Both the position numbers and the translations under genes were made by a program. Below the pieces are notes generated by a model. It was not told the DNA's origin. It saw only the letters and a program-made list of their open reading frames with translations, and did not search any database. This document shows, in pieces, positions 59,789-64,000 of a stretch of DNA of 64,000 bases. Position 1 is the first letter of the stretch; each line of letters opens with the position of its first letter. This DNA comes from Eledone cirrhosa (taxonomy: Eukaryota): contig OZ024740.1 of the NCBI GenBank assembly GCA_964016885.1, forward strand, positions 271,188,001 to 271,252,000. Direction: 5' to 3'.

Positions 59789-59870
59789 GTTTCTACCCTT
59801 CAGGGTTTCATTCGCTTTCGGAAATATCCGATCAAGGATAAATTCTCGAGCTTCGAAATCATCAGGAAAC
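59789..59870 (-). ncRNA. Type I hammerhead ribozyme motif in pseudo-LTR 59500-60058
   Basis: gtttc CTGATGA t TTCG...CGAA t GAAA CCC-tgaa-GGG T A gaaac. Confidence 0.8.
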
Positions 59871-60056
59871 AAACTCACTTGGACAAAGATTTTTCTTAAA
59901 CGATCCCCGCCAGAAACGAATTTAAAATGGCTAAGAACTGTGACGTGGCAGTGGTCAAGTCAGAAAGAATGTGATTGGTGCCTTACGGCTAGTGGGCTGG
60001 TTGCTAGAAAGCGCAGCCTAATATTGCCTAAATTGCATCTCAACCTTACGGGAGAT

Positions 60057-60215
<159 letters not shown>

Positions 60216-60786
60216 GCGTGTGCGTGCGTTTGTGTGTGTGTAGAGAGAGAGAGAAGTACATATAGAGATATGTGTTCAATCATAGAGGATCAATAACCAC
60301 CAGAGTGACGAACATAATGTCTATGAAAGGAAAGGTGACTACAAATCAATTAAAAGAATAAACTAAAGTGTACTAATAACTGTTTCTACTTTTAGCACAA
60401 GGCCAGCAATTACCAGTGTATTACTGGTACTTTATTTTATCGACCCCGTAAGGATAAAAGGCAAAGTTAACCTCGGCGGGATTTGAACTCAGATCATAAA
60501 GGGAGGTAACTCTATGCTTCAAAGCATGGCGCCCGACCCTCTACCGCTAACAACAACAGCCGGACATGCTCAAATTAGAGTATGTTTCGCCACAACAAGA
60601 GACGATATGTTCATCACACTGGCAGATATTGATCCCTTATGATTGAGCACATATCTCTATGTGTACTTCTCTCTATATGCTGATTTATAAAGAGCCCGGA
60701 ATCTATTCCTTGAGCTCATTAAATTATGGGGGATTAATGAATCTTTAATTCCTTTTTTTTAATTTGATGTATATATATATATATAT

Positions 60787-61426
<640 letters not shown>

Positions 61427-62021
61427 CGTGACATTCAACAACCAACCAAATCTTAATACCTCTGGGGCCACTTTTTTCACATAAAACGGGAAGAATTTCC
61501 TAAACTGATCAGATTAGAGCAAACATCACGAGCGCTCTATCTCAAAATTATTTTTGAAAAGCATTAGAAATGCACAACCGGTAAAAACTTAAAACTAAAA
61601 CTGAATACTAACCAATACTTATTACTAATTTATACTTATTTCTAATTAAACTATTTTTCACTGGGAAAAATTTGTCAGCATTTTCTTTTCCTTTTACTAA
61701 TATATCACAACTCGTGTGTTACACCTCTATTTTTTTAAATATATCTATATATATATATAAGAGAGAGTGTTAAACTTTGCTTGAAGCATTTGTGGAATAT
61801 GAAAAATAGACGTTTTGGAAGCCTCAACAATGCAGATGTGTAAATCTACATTCTTTTACGCCCTCTACATCTCTTTCTACGTTTCCTCTTACATCTCCCT
61901 CTCTTAATACCACCTGAGGCTTCGAAAACGACTATTATATATATAAAACGAAAAATCAGTGATGCATCTGGACTCAGTTTATTGTGTTCTTCGGACACAT
62001 GCAATACTGGAAAGTATTGCA

Positions 62022-62098
62022 TGTGTCTGAAGAACCTGCAACAGATCCATAAAATGATCATGTCTCGAGCTATCTGCCGGCGAAACAATTGTAACACA
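62022..62098 (+). ncRNA. Type I hammerhead motif (relative of the 41759 family, canonical CTGAAGA)
   Basis: tgtgt CTGAAGA a CC t GCA...TGC c GG c GAAA caattg T A acaca, then AATAAA. Confidence 0.75.
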
Positions 62099-62214
62099 AT
62101 AAACTGAGTCCAAATGCAACACTGATTTTTCGTTTTATTATATCACATTCTGCTCTGTAAGAACATAGAGTTCTCAACTGGCATACCGCCTATGGAAGCA
62201 TCATAGCTACCATT

Positions 62215-62306
<92 letters not shown>

Positions 62307-62422
62307 TTATATATTTATATTTATTTATATATTTATATATATATATTTATTTATTTATATACAAACATATGTACATATATATATATACATACATAGATAT
62401 TTATACATACGTGTGTGTGCGC

Positions 62423-62480
<58 letters not shown>

Positions 62481-63504
62481 CGTCACTTAATTTATATTAA
62501 AGCCAAGAGTATACAAATAATTAGATAAAAAGAGAGAGAATGTTTGTCTCTTTTAACTGATGTAAGTTTAAACAATTTAAATTGACCTAATACAATTATT
62601 GACAGTATTAATATCACCACCCAAATAAATGTCAGTTAACAGCGCTGTTGTATTTGTTTCGTAAGATCTTGATGTGAAGTCGTGTGTTGAAACCAATATG
62701 ACTGTTTTAATGTATGTTTGTTGTTTGGAAGTGACTATGTAGCCGGTCCCGGTAAAATAGACTCCCATGTCATTTAGCCGGTAAGAGTGTCAGACACCAT
62801 GAGTTTCGGCCCGAGTTAAGACAATTTGAAATCTTTTCCACCATCAATTGTGAAAAAACAAGTTAAAATCATTTTATTATAATTCTGCTTGTTGCGTCTC
62901 TTTAGTGTTTACCGGTAAAATAAGCTTTGAAAGCATTTTTATTTTGCCGGGACCAGCTACGTAGCCTATTCCTTTTTTTGTTTTATTTGGTGGAGGGGAT
63001 GTCAATTATTCACTTTTTCCGCCTCAGGCAGTTAAATCCCCGATTTAATCACAGCTATAAGTCATGCGTTTTGATTTCTTTGCTCGATACAAAAACCAAT
63101 CTTACTTTGAAATTCCAATATACAGTTGTATTTTAGAAGGGTCATATAGCCAATTAAAACACACGCACCGGTTCACTTTCACTTCAGTTCACTTTCATAA
63201 GGGCGGTGGATTGGCAGTATCGATAGAGCATCGGACATGCTTTGTGGCATATAGTTACGGCCCTTTGCGTTCTGAGTTCAACCCACCGAGATTGGCTTTG
63301 CCTTTCATCCATAACACACTGAGATCGATTGAATCAACTTTCTCCTGCACCAAAATTGTTGGTCAGAAAACATTTTTAATCAGGCAAAACTTTGCCTTTC
63401 ATCGTTCCGGGATCGATAAAATAAAGTACCACTTAAGTACTGGGAGCCGACATAATTGACTTTCCCCTTCCCTCGAATTGCTGGCCTTATGCCAATATTA
63501 AAAA

Positions 63505-64000
63505 GAATTGATGATGATGGCGATGACTTCGATACGAAGATACATTAAATTGAAGGCCGTGTTCACTCTGTCCTCCCAGCGTGCATTGCGTGTTTGTGTC
63601 TGGTCTGACCGATCAGAGATCGTCATATCCGCCCACAGGAGGTCAGCTTGAAGAAGACTGAAGACCTCTACCAACCTGCTTTCCAAGATATATACCATCC
63701 ACCAGACATGTCCGTCCATCAAGCAAACAAAGCTGAATGCTGTGTAGCAATTCTGCTATCTTCAGGGTGTTATTTCCGTCGACTCTAGAAATTATAAGGA
63801 ACTGGACATCAGACTAGCCAAAGCCTTTGGGAAACTAAAAAAGGGGGTATGGAGAAACAATAACCTCAAAACAGAGACAAAACTCAGAGTCTACAGGGCT
63901 GTAGTCCTTACCACCCTCTTATACGGCTCTGAGACATTGGTCTTGTATCGCTGTCACACCCGTCTTTTGAAGAGATTCCACAAACGCTGTCTTCGCAGCA
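63505..64000. mobile_element. RTE-clade LINE: 3' end on minus (63505-63700) joined to an RT C-terminal segment on plus (63710-64000)
   Basis: Plus: AKAFGKLKKGVWRNNNLKTETKLRVYRAVVLTTLLYGSETL..RFHKRCLR. Minus: CGRI*RSLIG..H and a (CAT)n tail. Confidence 0.8.

Overview
AT-rich, microsatellite-dense animal genomic DNA. The SINE families suggest an octopod cephalopod (inference). One host gene is visible: the last 10 exons (705-46924, + strand, all GT-AG and phase-consistent, about 390 codons to a stop and an AATAAA). It encodes a secreted-type Cys-rich protein with 3.5 VWC repeats followed by two ShKT domains, including a 30-nt micro-exon. The rest is introns and intergenic DNA filled with tRNA-derived SINEs, Tc1/mariner, pogo and hAT MITEs, and fragments of CRE, RTE, CR1/L2 and L1/Tx1 LINEs. 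Most prominent are Penelope-like elements (PLEs): two GIY-YIG-coding remnants plus many solo or inverted pseudo-LTRs sitting in (TA)n tracts. Hand-folding finds about 30 type I hammerhead ribozyme motifs (about 1 per 2 kb) from more than 15 sequence families, usually just upstream of an AATAAA. Many carry family-conserved non-canonical cores (U3-A8, U4A, U4C, non-Watson-Crick 10.1-11.1), palindromic stem III, and a recurrent pyrimidine-C mismatch at stem II position 4. One forms a retrozyme-like 554-bp tandem array. All folds were done by eye, and ribozyme activity is untested.
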